Origin: Prasinococcaceae sp. CCMP 1430
Taxonomy: Eukaryota; Plantae; Prasinodermophyta
Direction: 5' to 3'
Assembly: GCA_013416795.1 (NCBI GenBank)
Contig: RQSC01001207.1
Location: forward strand, 178,145 to 242,144
Length of the DNA stretch: 64,000 bases
Positions 45,827 to 56,624 of this stretch are shown here, piece after piece. The position numbers and the translations under genes were made by a program. The first letter of the stretch is position 1. Every line of letters begins with the position of its first letter. The notes beneath the pieces are model-generated. The model was not told the DNA's origin. It was given only the letters and a program-made list of their open reading frames with translations, and did not search any database.

Positions 45827-48800
45827 ATGCGCACCCTCCGCGCGCACGTTGGCGGCCTCGCCGCCGCGCTGCTCGTCGTTGCCGCCCTCGCAGGGGCGCT
45901 CGGCGAGCGATCGGACGCGCTATCGGAGGGGATATGGTCCGACGAACACTCGCGGGGTGCCGAGCACGCGGGCGAGGGCCTGGACGTCAGCGACGGGTTG
46001 TCACTGCTTTTGCGCGACACCGGCGCAGCCGCGGCCGAGGCTGGACGCGGCTTGCTGGCGACTGACAAGAGCAAGAAGAAGAAGGCAAAGAACAAGAAGC
46101 AGAAAGCAAAGAGCAAGAAGCAGAACGCAAAGCCGTCGCCGTCGCCTCCACCCGAGGATCTTACCTGCAGCAAGCCCAAGAAGGGCAAGTGCCGCGATGC
46201 CGGGTGCGCGTGTGCCAACAAGAAATGCAAGAAGTGCGTGCCGGTGGAGCCCAGCCAGCCGCCAACCGGCTTGCCGCTGCCGTCGCCTCCACCGGAGGAT
46301 CTCACCTGCAGCAAGCCCAAGAAGGGCAAGTGCCGCGATGCCGGGTGCGCGTGTGCCAACAAGAAATGCAAGAAGTGCGTGCCGGTGGAGCCGAGCCAGC
46401 CGCCAACCGGCTTGCTGCTGCCGCCGCTGCCTAGTCCACCACCTCCGTCCTCTCCACTGCCCTCGCCCTCGAAGGCCAAGAAGAAGAACAAAAAGAAGGC
46501 CCGAAAGAAGGCTTCAAAGAAGGCGCAGAAGGTGCCCCCGCCGCCCTCACCACCGCCGAGCAGTCCACCACCGCCGAGCAGTCCGCCGCCACCGAGCCCG
46601 CCGCCACCAAGCTCGCCTCCGCCAGGCCCGCCACCGAGCCAGCCACCGAGCCCGCCACCGAGCCCGCCATCGAGCCCTCCTCCACCGAGCCCATCTCCAC
46701 CACCAAGCCCGCCACCAGGAGCGCCACTAGCGTCACCTCCGCCGCCCAGCTCGCCGCCGCCGCCGAGCCCGCCGCCGCCGAGCAGCCCACCCCCGCCGAG
46801 CAGCCCACCCTCGCCGCCACCGAGCTCACCACCCCCGCCGCCGCTGCCAACACCGGGCGAGATCTACAACGTGTCGGTGGCGGTGTCGGGCCTGGCGGAT
46901 GGTGATAGCTTGACGCTGACGCTGGGCAGTGCGGGCACTGTTGATGGATTCCTCGCGGCGCGCACCGTTGTGGGTGGTCCTGGCGCGCGCGCACGCGTGG
47001 TCACGTTTGACGGGGTCAACGCCAGCCTCGCGTACTGGCTCAAACACGAGGGCGTTGGCTACGCCGCGCCGCCCGCGGAGGAGCTTCCGGTCCCCGCGCC
47101 GCGCTCGCTGGCGCGGTCCGTCCACCTGCTCGCCGCCAGCGAGCGTCACCGCAGGCGGTTGCGGCGTCTGCTCGGCGACGAGGACGATTCGGGCGTCGAG
47201 TTTTCCTACCACTGGTCGGCCGATGCGTCGCGTGCGGGCGCTGCCGAGACCGCGTATCGCGTGCAGCCGCCCGAGATCTTCTTCGTGGACGAGGAAGAGC
47301 CGGTTCGTCTCGGCGATGACGCGGCAACAGACAAGCTGCTGCGCGAGCACCGCGTGCTGCTCGCTGATGCGACGGAGGAGAGCGTTGGCTACGAGTTCCT
47401 CCCCTGGTCGTCCGAGTACGCCTGGCGGCTGCTGCAGACGCTCGACGCGATCAACGCGCACCAAAGTGGCTATCTCTCGACGCCCTGGCGCACGTCACTG
47501 AACCAGAGCAAGTGGGAGCTCGTCCAAGACGCGCTGATAGACGACGTGCAGATCGAGGAGGTGCCCGCCGAGGGAGGGCGCGAGGGGGGCGTGCGAGTGC
47601 GCATCTCGGCGGCCGCCTTCGTGCTCGCTGACCCTCAGGTGGTGCTTCTGGATGGCGTGCGCGGCAAGTTCTTCTCGCGGCGGCTCTACCACGCTGCGGT
47701 GCGGGTGATGACGCTCGATGGAGCCGACCTGAGCTTGATCGAGAGCATCGCCGACAGGCGCTTTGGGCTGTCCATTGCGTCCGCCTCCACGCCGAACTCG
47801 ACGTACGTGAGCCTGACCTCGGGCATCACCGACGACACCGCCGCCGCCTTCCAGCCGTTCGAGACGCATCCAGAGGAGGCGCTGCTCCTGCTCGAGATGC
47901 TTGAGGAGCTCCCATCGGGCTTTCACGTCGTGCCTGGCTTCGATTGGTGCCTGCGGCGCAAGGACGGCTACCCGCACCCACTGTATCCGCTGGCGCCCGC
48001 TGTGGCTTGGACTGGCAGGGGCTACGTCGAATTCATGGAGTCGGGCTTCCGCTCGGACATCCGCCACCTCCGCCGACTGATCCTGCACGAGAAGGCGCAC
48101 TTCATGTGGTCGCACCTCTTCAGCGAGGGCCTGCGAGCCAACTGGACGTCGCTGGGGGGCTGGTTCGTGGACCCCAACGCCACCTCGGGCTGGTCCACCA
48201 CAGAGCAAACGACCTTCGTGACAGCCTACGCCCACGAGAAGAATCCCGACGAGGACATGGTCCGTTGCAAAGCTGCGCACTCGCACGCCATCGCTGCGCA
48301 TGCGCTGCGCTGACGGGAGCTGCCTGCGCCGCCCGTTCCCGCGCGGCCTGACTCAGGCCGAGAGCCTGTCGTACTACGTCGAAAACCCCGCCAGGTTGCA
48401 GGCCTGCTGCCCGGACAAGTACGACTTCATCCGCGATCGCATCATGAGCGGCTACCGCTACGTCTCGCGGCTGCGCGAGGACCTGACATTCGAGGTGCTC
48501 AACCTGGCGCCGGACTTCGTCTACCCCGGCCGCATTGTGAGGGTGGACATCGCCGTCGAGGGGGCGCCCGAGGAGGACAAGCGCGTGCACGTGGAAATTG
48601 CGCTGCACACCGCCGACGGCGTGTTCGACGGCGCCCAGCATGCCTTCTTCCGGCTCTTCAGCGAGGACGACACGTACACAGACGTTTATCTGTACCCCAA
48701 GGACGGAAACACCTCGGTGCTGGCGAACACATTCACCTTGTCGCGCTTCGCCACGAGCGGCCTGTGGGCGCCCGCGCAGATCGTCCTGACGGACACCGTC

Positions 48801-50015
48801 GGCAACCAGCGCTTCGCCGGCACCAACGACTTTGGCTGGCGCCTGCACGTGGACAATCCGCTTGAGGACAAGGCCGCACCTCTGTACATCGAGGGCTCGC
48901 TCACGGCGACCAGCGTCGAGGACGTGCTTGAGGGGCACGCCGTGCACAACTTCGTCGCCAGTTGGCTGCTGCTGGAGAAGAACGATGTCGACTACACGTA
49001 CATGCGCGTTGTCAGCGATCAGCCGGGGCAAAACACGTACGGGATGCAGGAGTACGGCAGCGTCGTCGCCAGCGACGAGTGCAGCGGCTACGCCACGCCG
49101 GCGGGCGTCGACACGGCCGTGGTGTGCTACCGTGCGACGCTCAGCACCGTCCTGACGGAGTTTCAGTGGCCTGGCAACTACTCCGTGTCGGAGATCACCA
49201 TGCAGGACGAGGCGCTCAGGAAGGCCAGCACGACCTTCCTCGATCAGGCGGGCCACCAGCCGCCCGTGCTGGTGGAGATCGAGCCGCCCAATCCGGATCG
49301 CACGGCGCCCGAGCTGGACGTCCGCGTGGGATACCTGAACGTGAGTGCGGCGCCCACCAACCCCGAGGCGCCCAACGGCGAGACGTTGGTGCGCATCGAG
49401 TACTTCGCGCGCGACGACAAGTCCGGGCTGGGCCACGTGAACTACCGACTGCTCGACCCGCAGGGCACATCCCACTTCGAGTACCACTACCACGACAACT
49501 TCCACACCACCTTTTTCCAGGGCGACCCCACCGCGTGGGCGCCGTACGTCATCACCGTGGTGCTGCCCGCCGGCAGCGCGCCCGGCATCTGGGGCCTCGA
49601 GTCGATGGAGCTGGAGGACAAGGTGGGCAACACGCTCTCGCAGTCCTTCGTGGAGAACGTGCACTTCGTGGCCGGCGGCGCGCGGCGCAGCCTCGCCGGC
49701 GGCGGGCGGCGGACGCTCGCCGGCGCGATCGCCGCAGCCTGCGGAGGAGGAGGAGCCGTCGGCGCATCCGCCGTCGCGGGATGGGCACGCCCTCCTCCTC
49801 ACGCGATGCGTGGCGGCCGCGGCGGCGAGGGCGGGCGCACAGCTGCTCAGCGGCGACGAATCGAATGCGCTCGGTGCCCTCGCAAATGCACCGGAGCGAG
49901 CGCAAAAACTGTACTGGCGGCTCGCTGCGCGCCGCGCGCCGCGTGCGTGGGTGCGCCTGCGCTCGCTGCGCGCGGCCGCCGACGCCGATGGCGGCGCCGA
50001 GAGCGCGGCGTCTGA
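45827..50015 (+). CDS. Secreted chimeric protein: signal peptide, Lys-rich and 6-Cys repeats, extensin-like SPPP region, bacterial-like HEXXH zinc metallopeptidase region; intron 48260-48356; true C-terminus uncertain
   Basis: N-terminal LAAALLVVAALAGALG; (SPPP)n; RLILHEKAHF...FVTAYAHEKNPDEDM/AESLSYYVENP...KYDFIRDRIM. Confidence 0.85.
46138..46419 (+). repeat. Two near-identical 141-bp tandem units, each encoding a 47-aa 6-Cys module
   Basis: Units begin at 46138 and 46279; PSPPPEDLTCSKPKKGKCRDAGCACANKKCKKCVPVEPSQPPTGL. Confidence 0.95.
46530..46845 (+). repeat. Coding (S)SPPPP extensin-like repeat
   Basis: PPPPSPPPSSPPPPSSPPPPSPPPP... in the ORF. Confidence 0.92.
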
Positions 50016-51834
50016 GCTCGGTGCGGCGGGATTGGTCTCTCTCGCTCGAGCTGGCCCAGATGACGGTAGCATGCCGACCAAGGAGCTCCTTGGGGCGCTC
50101 ACGGTCGCCGAGCTGCGCGCTGTCGCGCGCGCCGCCAATGTGGCGCTCCCGCCTGGCGCCGACCGGGCAATGCTCATCGCCTGCATTGGCGCGCATGCCG
50201 CACAGCGGCCCGCCTTCGCTGGCAAAGGTTCGGCCACACCGGACACAGCTGTGCGGGCGGCGGCGCTGGCAGAGGCAGGACCGTTGGGGCGGCTGACGGA
50301 TGCGGCGGCGGACGCGGCAGCACGGGGCACGTTCTTGTACTTTCTCGACCACGCCGCGGGCCTGAGCACGCTCTTTGTCGCCTCGCGAGGCGTCGTGCGA
50401 TTTGCTGTTCCCGAGGGCAGCCTCGCCGAAGAGCCGGGCGCCCTCGCTTTGCTGGCATTTCCTGGGGGACGTGTCGACTTGCTTCGCTACGAGGAGGCGC
50501 GCGCTGATCGCCTGCTGATCGAGGCGCTCGCGGGCCGCCGCGCAAACGACGCCAGCGAAGCCCAGGACGCCGTGGCGCAATCACAAGCGGCGAGTATGAG
50601 CGCAGAGCAGGCGCTGCACGTGGCACGCGCCGCCATCGCCGCCTTCCGCGACTGTCCTGGCTCGGAGGTGCCACCTCGCCGCCCCGAGGCATGCCCGGCC
50701 AGGCCGCTCTTCCTTGCCCGCTACAGCTCGGGATGGCAGCGTGCGCGGGCCGCGTGGTTGGCCGTGTCGCTGCTCGAGGGCGCGCGCGAGTACAGCGAAG
50801 CCGTCGGTGCGCTTGAGGCGCTCCTTCGCTGTGGCTGGTGCCTGCACAAACGCGGCGACATGTGGTATCGCCTCGCAGTGGATCTTACCCATCTTGGCAA
50901 TTGCGAGGCGGCACTCAGCGCCGCAGAATCAGCTGTGGACGATCCTTGGGTGCGAGGTGGGACCCTGGTTGCAGCGCAGCGTCGCGTCGCCCGCATGGCA
51001 CGGCCGCCTCTGCGCGATGCGCATCACGCCGCAGCCTACCGTCTCATGACTGCTGGCACCGATCCGAGCGAGACGATCGTGCACGCGCGGCCACTCGAAC
51101 AGCTCGACGATGCCCCGAATGCGCGCTCGCGCTTCTACGGAAGCTCGGGGGATGTGATGAGTGTTGAGCAGGTCGTCCTTGAGCACTACGCGGCTCCCGA
51201 AAACGGCGGCTGGCGCGGGTGCCACGATGAGGGTGGCACATTGCGCACGCTCTTCGGGCTCTTGCTCTGGGATGCGCTCTTTGACACCTCGATCCCGCAC
51301 GCCTTTTCAACGCGCTTCCAGCTCGCGCCGCTCGACCTGATGGCCGAGTCGTTCGCTCCGGCCCGCGAGGAGCGCATCGCCTCGGTGCTCGAAATGGTTC
51401 GCGCAGGGGGCGCTCCAGAGGCGGTGCGCGCTGCATGGGACGCGCATGAGGGTGCCATGTGCACAGGCGTGAGCTGGGAGCGGCACGAACGCGACGACCT
51501 CGTGCAGATCGCAGAATGCATAGGGGGGGAGGCGCTCGCTGGTGTGCTGCAGCTGCTCGCCGATGACTACAGCGCATGGTCATCGGGAATGCCAGACCTG
51601 TTGCTGTGGAGTCCGTGCGACGGTGATGGGGGGCGCAAGAGTCGCGCTCGCCTGGCCGAGGTGAAGGGGCCCAATGATGCCCTGAGCGAGCAGCAGCGCG
51701 CGTGGTGTGCGGCGCTGCGTCGCGCTGGATGCGACGTCGAGGTGACAAAGGTCCGCGCCCCGCCAAAGCGCCCAGCTGCCGGAGGATTCGCAAGCTGGAA
51801 GGCAAACAGTGGCAAGCGCCGCGCCAGGCGGTGA
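49741..51834 (+). CDS. FAN1: FAN1 nuclease (SAP, TPR and VRR-NUC domains); no in-frame ATG at the expected N-terminus
   Basis: LLSGDE...AQKLYWRL..RR; LTVAELRAVA (SAP); KRGDMWYRLAVDLTH; SVEQVVLEHY...GCHDEG; GMPDLLLW...AEVKGPNDALSEQQRAW (PD-(D/E)xK). Confidence 0.95.
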   Translation, partial: AEEEEPSAHPPSRDGHALLLTRCVAAAAARAGAQLLSGDESNALGALANAPERAQKLYWRLAARRAPRAWVRLRSLRAAADADGGAESAASELGAAGLVSLARAGPDDGSMPTKELLGALTVAELRAVARAANVALPPGADRAMLIACIGAHAAQRPAFAGKGSATPDTAVRAAALAEAGPLGRLTDAAADAAARGTFLYFLDHAAGLSTLFVASRGVVRFAVPEGSLAEEPGALALLAFPGGRVDLLRYEEARADRLLIEALAGRRANDASEAQDAVAQSQAASMSAEQALHVARAAIAAFRDCPGSEVPPRRPEACPARPLFLARYSSGWQRARAAWLAVSLLEGAREYSEAVGALEALLRCGWCLHKRGDMWYRLAVDLTHLGNCEAALSAAESAVDDPWVRGGTLVAAQRRVARMARPPLRDAHHAAAYRLMTAGTDPSETIVHARPLEQLDDAPNARSRFYGSSGDVMSVEQVVLEHYAAPENGGWRGCHDEGGTLRTLFGLLLWDALFDTSIPHAFSTRFQLAPLDLMAESFAPAREERIASVLEMVRAGGAPEAVRAAWDAHEGAMCTGVSWERHERDDLVQIAECIGGEALAGVLQLLADDYSAWSSGMPDLLLWSPCDGDGGRKSRARLAEVKGPNDALSEQQRAWCAALRRAGCDVEVTKVRAPPKRPAAGGFASWKANSGKRRARR

Positions 51835-51899
51835 CAGGCAGCTTGGGGCCGATGCCCCCTCGGCGGCGAGGGCATTATAAAATTGTTGTACATATTTGT

Positions 51900-52484
51900 T
51901 CAGGTCAGTGCCTCGGTGTCATTGTCGCCCGAGCTTCTCCATCGCACGCGCAGTCCCTCTGCGTCTTCGGCGCGTGTCTCGTGCCAGTGCGCGAGAGCGC
52001 GCTCGACGGCGCGCTTTCGGCCCTGCAGCCCTGAGCCGTAGCCCGACCGCCTGCGCTTGCCGTCTGGATGGCGCACGCGCCATTCGAACGATAGCGCATG
52101 TTCCCACGACGCAAAGCCCTCTACAACCCCCGCCAGCCTCCAGCTTGCCCCGCGTCCGCGTGTAGAGCGCGCGCCGCCCGCGAGCTCCCCATTGTGCTGC
52201 CTGAGGCGTCTTGTCACATCTTTGGTGGCGCCGACATAGGTGCGCGCTCCTGGCCTCACCGGCGGGCTCGCGGGCGATTCAATCACATACACAAGCCCCG
52301 CGGCCTCGGCTGGCGGGGGCGCCAGTCCTCCTTCCGCGCTGCTGTCCACGTGCTCCTCTCCCTCAGCGGCACCGCGCTCACGTTCGCGCTCACGCCCGCC
52401 TGGCGCCGCGGCCGCCTTCCTCGCCGCCCTCCTTGCGCCAGCCACCCGCCCTGCAAACGACGTCCCTCGCACCGCTGCGATCAT
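51900..52484 (-). CDS. SLX1-like stand-alone GIY-YIG endonuclease
   Basis: VYVIES...RTYVGATKDVTRRLRQHNGELAGGARSTR...WRLAGVVEGFASWEHALSFEW; no C-terminal zinc finger. Confidence 0.9.
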   Translation of the reverse strand: MIAAVRGTSFAGRVAGARRAARKAAAAPGGRERERERGAAEGEEHVDSSAEGGLAPPPAEAAGLVYVIESPASPPVRPGARTYVGATKDVTRRLRQHNGELAGGARSTRGRGASWRLAGVVEGFASWEHALSFEWRVRHPDGKRRRSGYGSGLQGRKRAVERALAHWHETRAEDAEGLRVRWRSSGDNDTEALT

Positions 52485-52835
52485 TCGAAGCAGCCTGCCG
52501 GCGCCTCCAAGCCCCCTCGCTCGAGCTTGCGCGCCCACTCGCCCTGCCGGTCGCGCCGCGCTGTGTGGCGTCGCAATGGGGCGAGGGACGCGCAAGCGCA
52601 CGGACTGCCAGTCAGCCCAAAATACAAACCCTACTTGTAAACCCCAATATGGCTTGCTTGCCCACAGCGGCGCATGGACCTGGAGCCCTCATCTGGTCGC
52701 GGGTTGGCGCTGGCAGGCGCACGCATAGCGAGGGCCAGGGCGCCTAGTAGCCAGGGCGCGCTCATTTGTACTGTAGCACATGTAGTATGACAAAATTCAC
52801 AACAATAGCATGCACACCAAGAGGCTGCTCGGCCT

Positions 52836-55800
52836 CTATATCTCCCTGTGCCGCTTAGAGCTACCGCGCTCGTCGCTCCTCTTGCGTTTCTTGTGGGGCT
52901 TAGCTTTCTCCTTCTTCTCCTTCTTTTCCTTCTTCTCCTTCTTCTCCTTCTTCTCCTTCTTCTCCTTCTTCTCCTTCTTGGCCGCCCGTTCTTTCTGCCT
53001 CTTCTGTTTATTGGCCTGCCTATTCGGCTCCTCCGTGCAGCTGCTGGTGATACGGAGCGTTAGAGAAGATTTCAAGTGCGAATGCGCGCGCGCGATTGGT
53101 GCCGGAACGAGCTCATCGCAACGCGTCGCGCACACTTACCCTGTGTCGCCAGCGGTGAGCTCCCACACGCTGAATCTACCATCCGACGCACGAATTTTGC
53201 AAAAGTCAAATGGGCGCCCCGTGCCGACACCGCCCGTCCATTCGCACACCATGAGGCCGAGCGGGACGTAGCACTGTGTCACGGCGAAGAGCTTGCCGCC
53301 CGCGCGGAGGTAGCGTGCGGCACCACACACGAGCTCGCGCGCGACACTGAAGTCCGTGTGGGCACCATTGTGTACGGGCGGGTTGCTCACCACCCAGTCG
53401 AGGCTGCCAGGCGATAGGGCTGCACCCGAAGAGCCGCCTTCCACCCCCTTCCAGCCGTCGCTCACCAGCACAGTCGCTTGGGGCACATTGAGCGCGCAGG
53501 CGCTCGCAGCAGCGGCACACGCGTCCAGTGCGTACACCTTCGCGCCATCCCCACCTTCACTGTCGCCTCGCGTGGCTTCGCACAGCGCTGCAGCGACCGC
53601 GCCCGAGCCGCAGCCGAAATCGAGCACGCGTGCCTCATCGTGCGACGGGAGGGAGCAGGGCAGGTTGCGCACGAGGAAGCGCGTCATGTCATCGGCCCGG
53701 CCGCCCGCGAAGAGCCCTGGGAGCGTCACCCAACCCGCAACCGCACGCTCCTCCTCGTGGCCGCATCGGGGCAACGCCATTGCGATCGTCTCCTTGTAGG
53801 CAGCCGCGCCCAGGTCGCCGTCGGCCAAGCGCGCTTTCTTCGACTTGCGGCGCTTGAAGGCGGCGGCCAAGCCCATGCCGGCGTTCACCTTGACCATACC
53901 CCCCCGCGCCTTCCAGAGCGCGCCAAGCTCGCCTTCACTCGCCGCAGTGAGCATGGGGCCCGCACCTTCTGCGGTAGCGCCGCAAGCCCACAGCGTCGCA
54001 CCGGGCGATGTGACGTCGGCGACAGCTCTGAGCGCCATGGCCGCAGCGTCACGCGCAGCTGGTAGGCGCAAGACGACTACCGAGTACAGGGCGCTGCTGC
54101 TAGGGGGGGGCGGCCAGTCCGTCGCACCCTCCGCGCCCTCTGCGTACGGCCGCCAGCGGGTAACTCGCGCACCCGCCTCTGTGGCTGCAGTCTCGGCCGC
54201 GTCTGCGTATCTGCCAGCAACAAGCACGCCCCCATCGGATTCACCGCCCAAATCTTTGCCTGTCTCCACGAGTGTGCCCCACCCGCCACGTTCGCGCGCC
54301 GCCAGAGCCTCCAGCGCTGCGAGTGCGCTATCGTCGCCGTCACTCGCGCCAGCCTGCGCCGCCTCCAACGCAACACACGCACAGGATGCCATGGCGTCGC
54401 GCAGAGCAAACACGCTTGCGAGCACGCGCGCGCGCGATGCCTCGTCCGCACCATCGCTCAGAGCTGTCATGCGCATGTGCACCGCCCAGCACGCGTACTC
54501 GAAGCGGCCGAGCGCCTGCCAGTCCGCACCGCCGCTGCCGCCGCTGCTACGACTGGTAGGAGCCGCAGCCACTACTGTGCCTCTGGCGGCGTCAATGAGC
54601 GCCAACACCCACGGTGCGTCGGTCCATTCCAACGCGTCTGCCCTCACACTCATCGCCCACGCCATGTCAGCCGCATCGGCGGCCGAGAGGCCGCGCAATG
54701 CACCGCCATGGACAGTGTCACGCGCATGCTGGCACATTATGGCAGCCCTGAGCAGTGCTTCAGCATCCACGCCGAGTTTTGCCGCGCCCCACGCTCCCAT
54801 CGCGAGCGTGCGCACGTTGGCGAATGCGCCACCTCGCGCGCGCTCGGCCGCATGCTCGAGGAGCGCGTGCGCTGCCGCGCTGGCCGATGCCGGCAGGCTG
54901 CTGCTGGTGTCGCCGGCGTCAACCCCACCGTGTTCGAGTGCGCCGCCTTCGATGGCGCGCGCACCGCCGCAGCGCATGCGCGCGACCGCCCAAAGGCACG
55001 TCGCGAGCGCCTGCGGATTCATGCGTGGCGCACACGCGCGCATCGCCTCCTCTAGTGCTCCCGCCGTCGCGTTGGCAACGCCGGCGCCCTCCCCACCATC
55101 GCCCGCAAATACTGTTGTCCAGTCGCACGCAAGGGAGGCCGTCGCCCACGCGGTCATGCTGAGCTCCTGCGGCATGTAGTGCAGCTCGCGCGCGCAGCGC
55201 AGCGCCGCCTCCAATGCCGCAGAGCGCGCGTGCCGACACTGTGGGCGCGAGTGCGCCTTCGCGAGCCCCCACAGCGCGGTAGATACATCGCGCTCGTTGA
55301 ATTGCGGCGCGGCCTTCACGAGCCGAGCCTCGAGTGCAGCCTGCAATGCGGCGGTACTGCAGGCCCCGCTGATAGAGGAGTCCGCACCGGCATCCCCCGT
55401 GAGCTTGCCGACAGCCCACATGGCGGTGGCTACGCCGCGCGCGTCGAACGTCGCCGCTTCTGCAGTTGCGGCGCGAAGAAGAGCTTGGAGCGGCGCGCGC
55501 AATTGGCCCTGCCCCGGCGCCTGCGCTGCTGCCATCGCCGCTGCCAGTGTCGCCATTGACCACAGCGAAGACGTAATTTGTCTTGCGTTTAGCGTGCACT
55601 GATCGCGAGCGTCGTGTACGTCCTGGCCATGGCCACCGACGACGGCGCCCACTGTCGTCGCGATCGCTACCGCCGCAGCGAAGCTCGCGCGCAGATCGCC
55701 GTGCGCGCTGGAGCGCTTCGCAGCAGCGTTGAGCGCGTAGACGAGTGTGTCCACGGGCAAACACGCCGCGAGTGCGCCGCCACCTGCCGCGCGCTTGAGC

Positions 55801-56177
55801 ACCCCAAGGACGTCATCGGCCTTGGCGGCTGCCGCAATGGAGCGCCGCAGCGCTGCCTGCGCGCGGCCGTCGTGCCGCTGCTGCTGCTGCTCCCGCAGCT
55901 GCTTCGGCCGCGGCTTCTGCACCTGCTGCTTCGGCGGCGCCTTGTCGGCCTTGTCTTGCGCCGCCCTTCCTGCTTCGCTGCCCTCTTCGACGGCCGCGGC
56001 GGCCTCTGTCTCGCCTACAGCCTGGACGAGCTGCGCCCTCAGCTCCGGCAGCCGTGCCGCCGCGGCTGCCTGTGCGGCGTCAAGTGCCGCCGGCGGGCGC
56101 GCCGCAAGCGCCGCGGCGGCCCGCACTTTCTTCCGCAGCGCGCGCGCCCACTTGTCGCCCGCCGCGCCCGCCGCCAT
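52836..56177 (-). CDS. OPR-repeat protein fused to an RsmC/MTS-family SAM methyltransferase, with a KKE-repeat tail; intron about 53044-53139
   Basis: About 7 OPR-like units (e.g. YMPQELSMTAWATASL, MNPQALATCLWAVARM); VVLRLPAARD; LPGLFAGGRADDMTRFL; VLDFGCGSG; VVSNPPVH; GTAAG...CAG intron in phase with the KKE exon. Confidence 0.87.
52908..52979. repeat. Eight copies of a 9-bp unit (CTCCTTCTT) encoding (KKE)8 on the minus strand
   Basis: Directly visible; one unit has a substitution. Confidence 0.95.
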
Positions 56178-56624
56178 CGCATGCGATGGGTGCGGCGTGC
56201 CGCAGCGCGCAGCCCGACGCAGCCCGCGCGCGCCGTGTGGCGCGGGCAGCCGCCGCTCGCTGCCCGCTGCGCGCAGCGCTCGCGCTCGGTGTAGGTTCAG
56301 GTTTAATAGCGCGTGATAAGGGTATTTAAGTAGGGTTTGAATATCTTGTCGCGCGGCTTTGGGATCATGACCGCAGCCCGCACACACAAAGATTTGGAGC
56401 GGTGCAGTAGGGGCAGCCGGCGACGCGCAGCGCCACACGCGCGCCTTTCCGCCCTCCCGTCCCCTCACGCCCCGCTGGAACGTCGCCCTTGGGTCCCACG
56501 AGTGCCCCTTCCCCGCTCTGTTGCCCGCCTGACTCGCACGCGCCAAGTAGGAGGTCGAGGCCTGTGTTGGTGCGAGGGTGCTGGCGGTTGCCCGCACGGC
56601 ACGACATTTTTGTGCGCCGTCGCC

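Noticed and set aside
51900-52484. GIY-YIG gene as a homing endonuclease or Penelope-like retroelement
   Set aside because: It has SLX1-type motifs (RRLRQHNGE..GGA, ALSFEW), and no reverse transcriptase, host intron or terminal repeats are nearby
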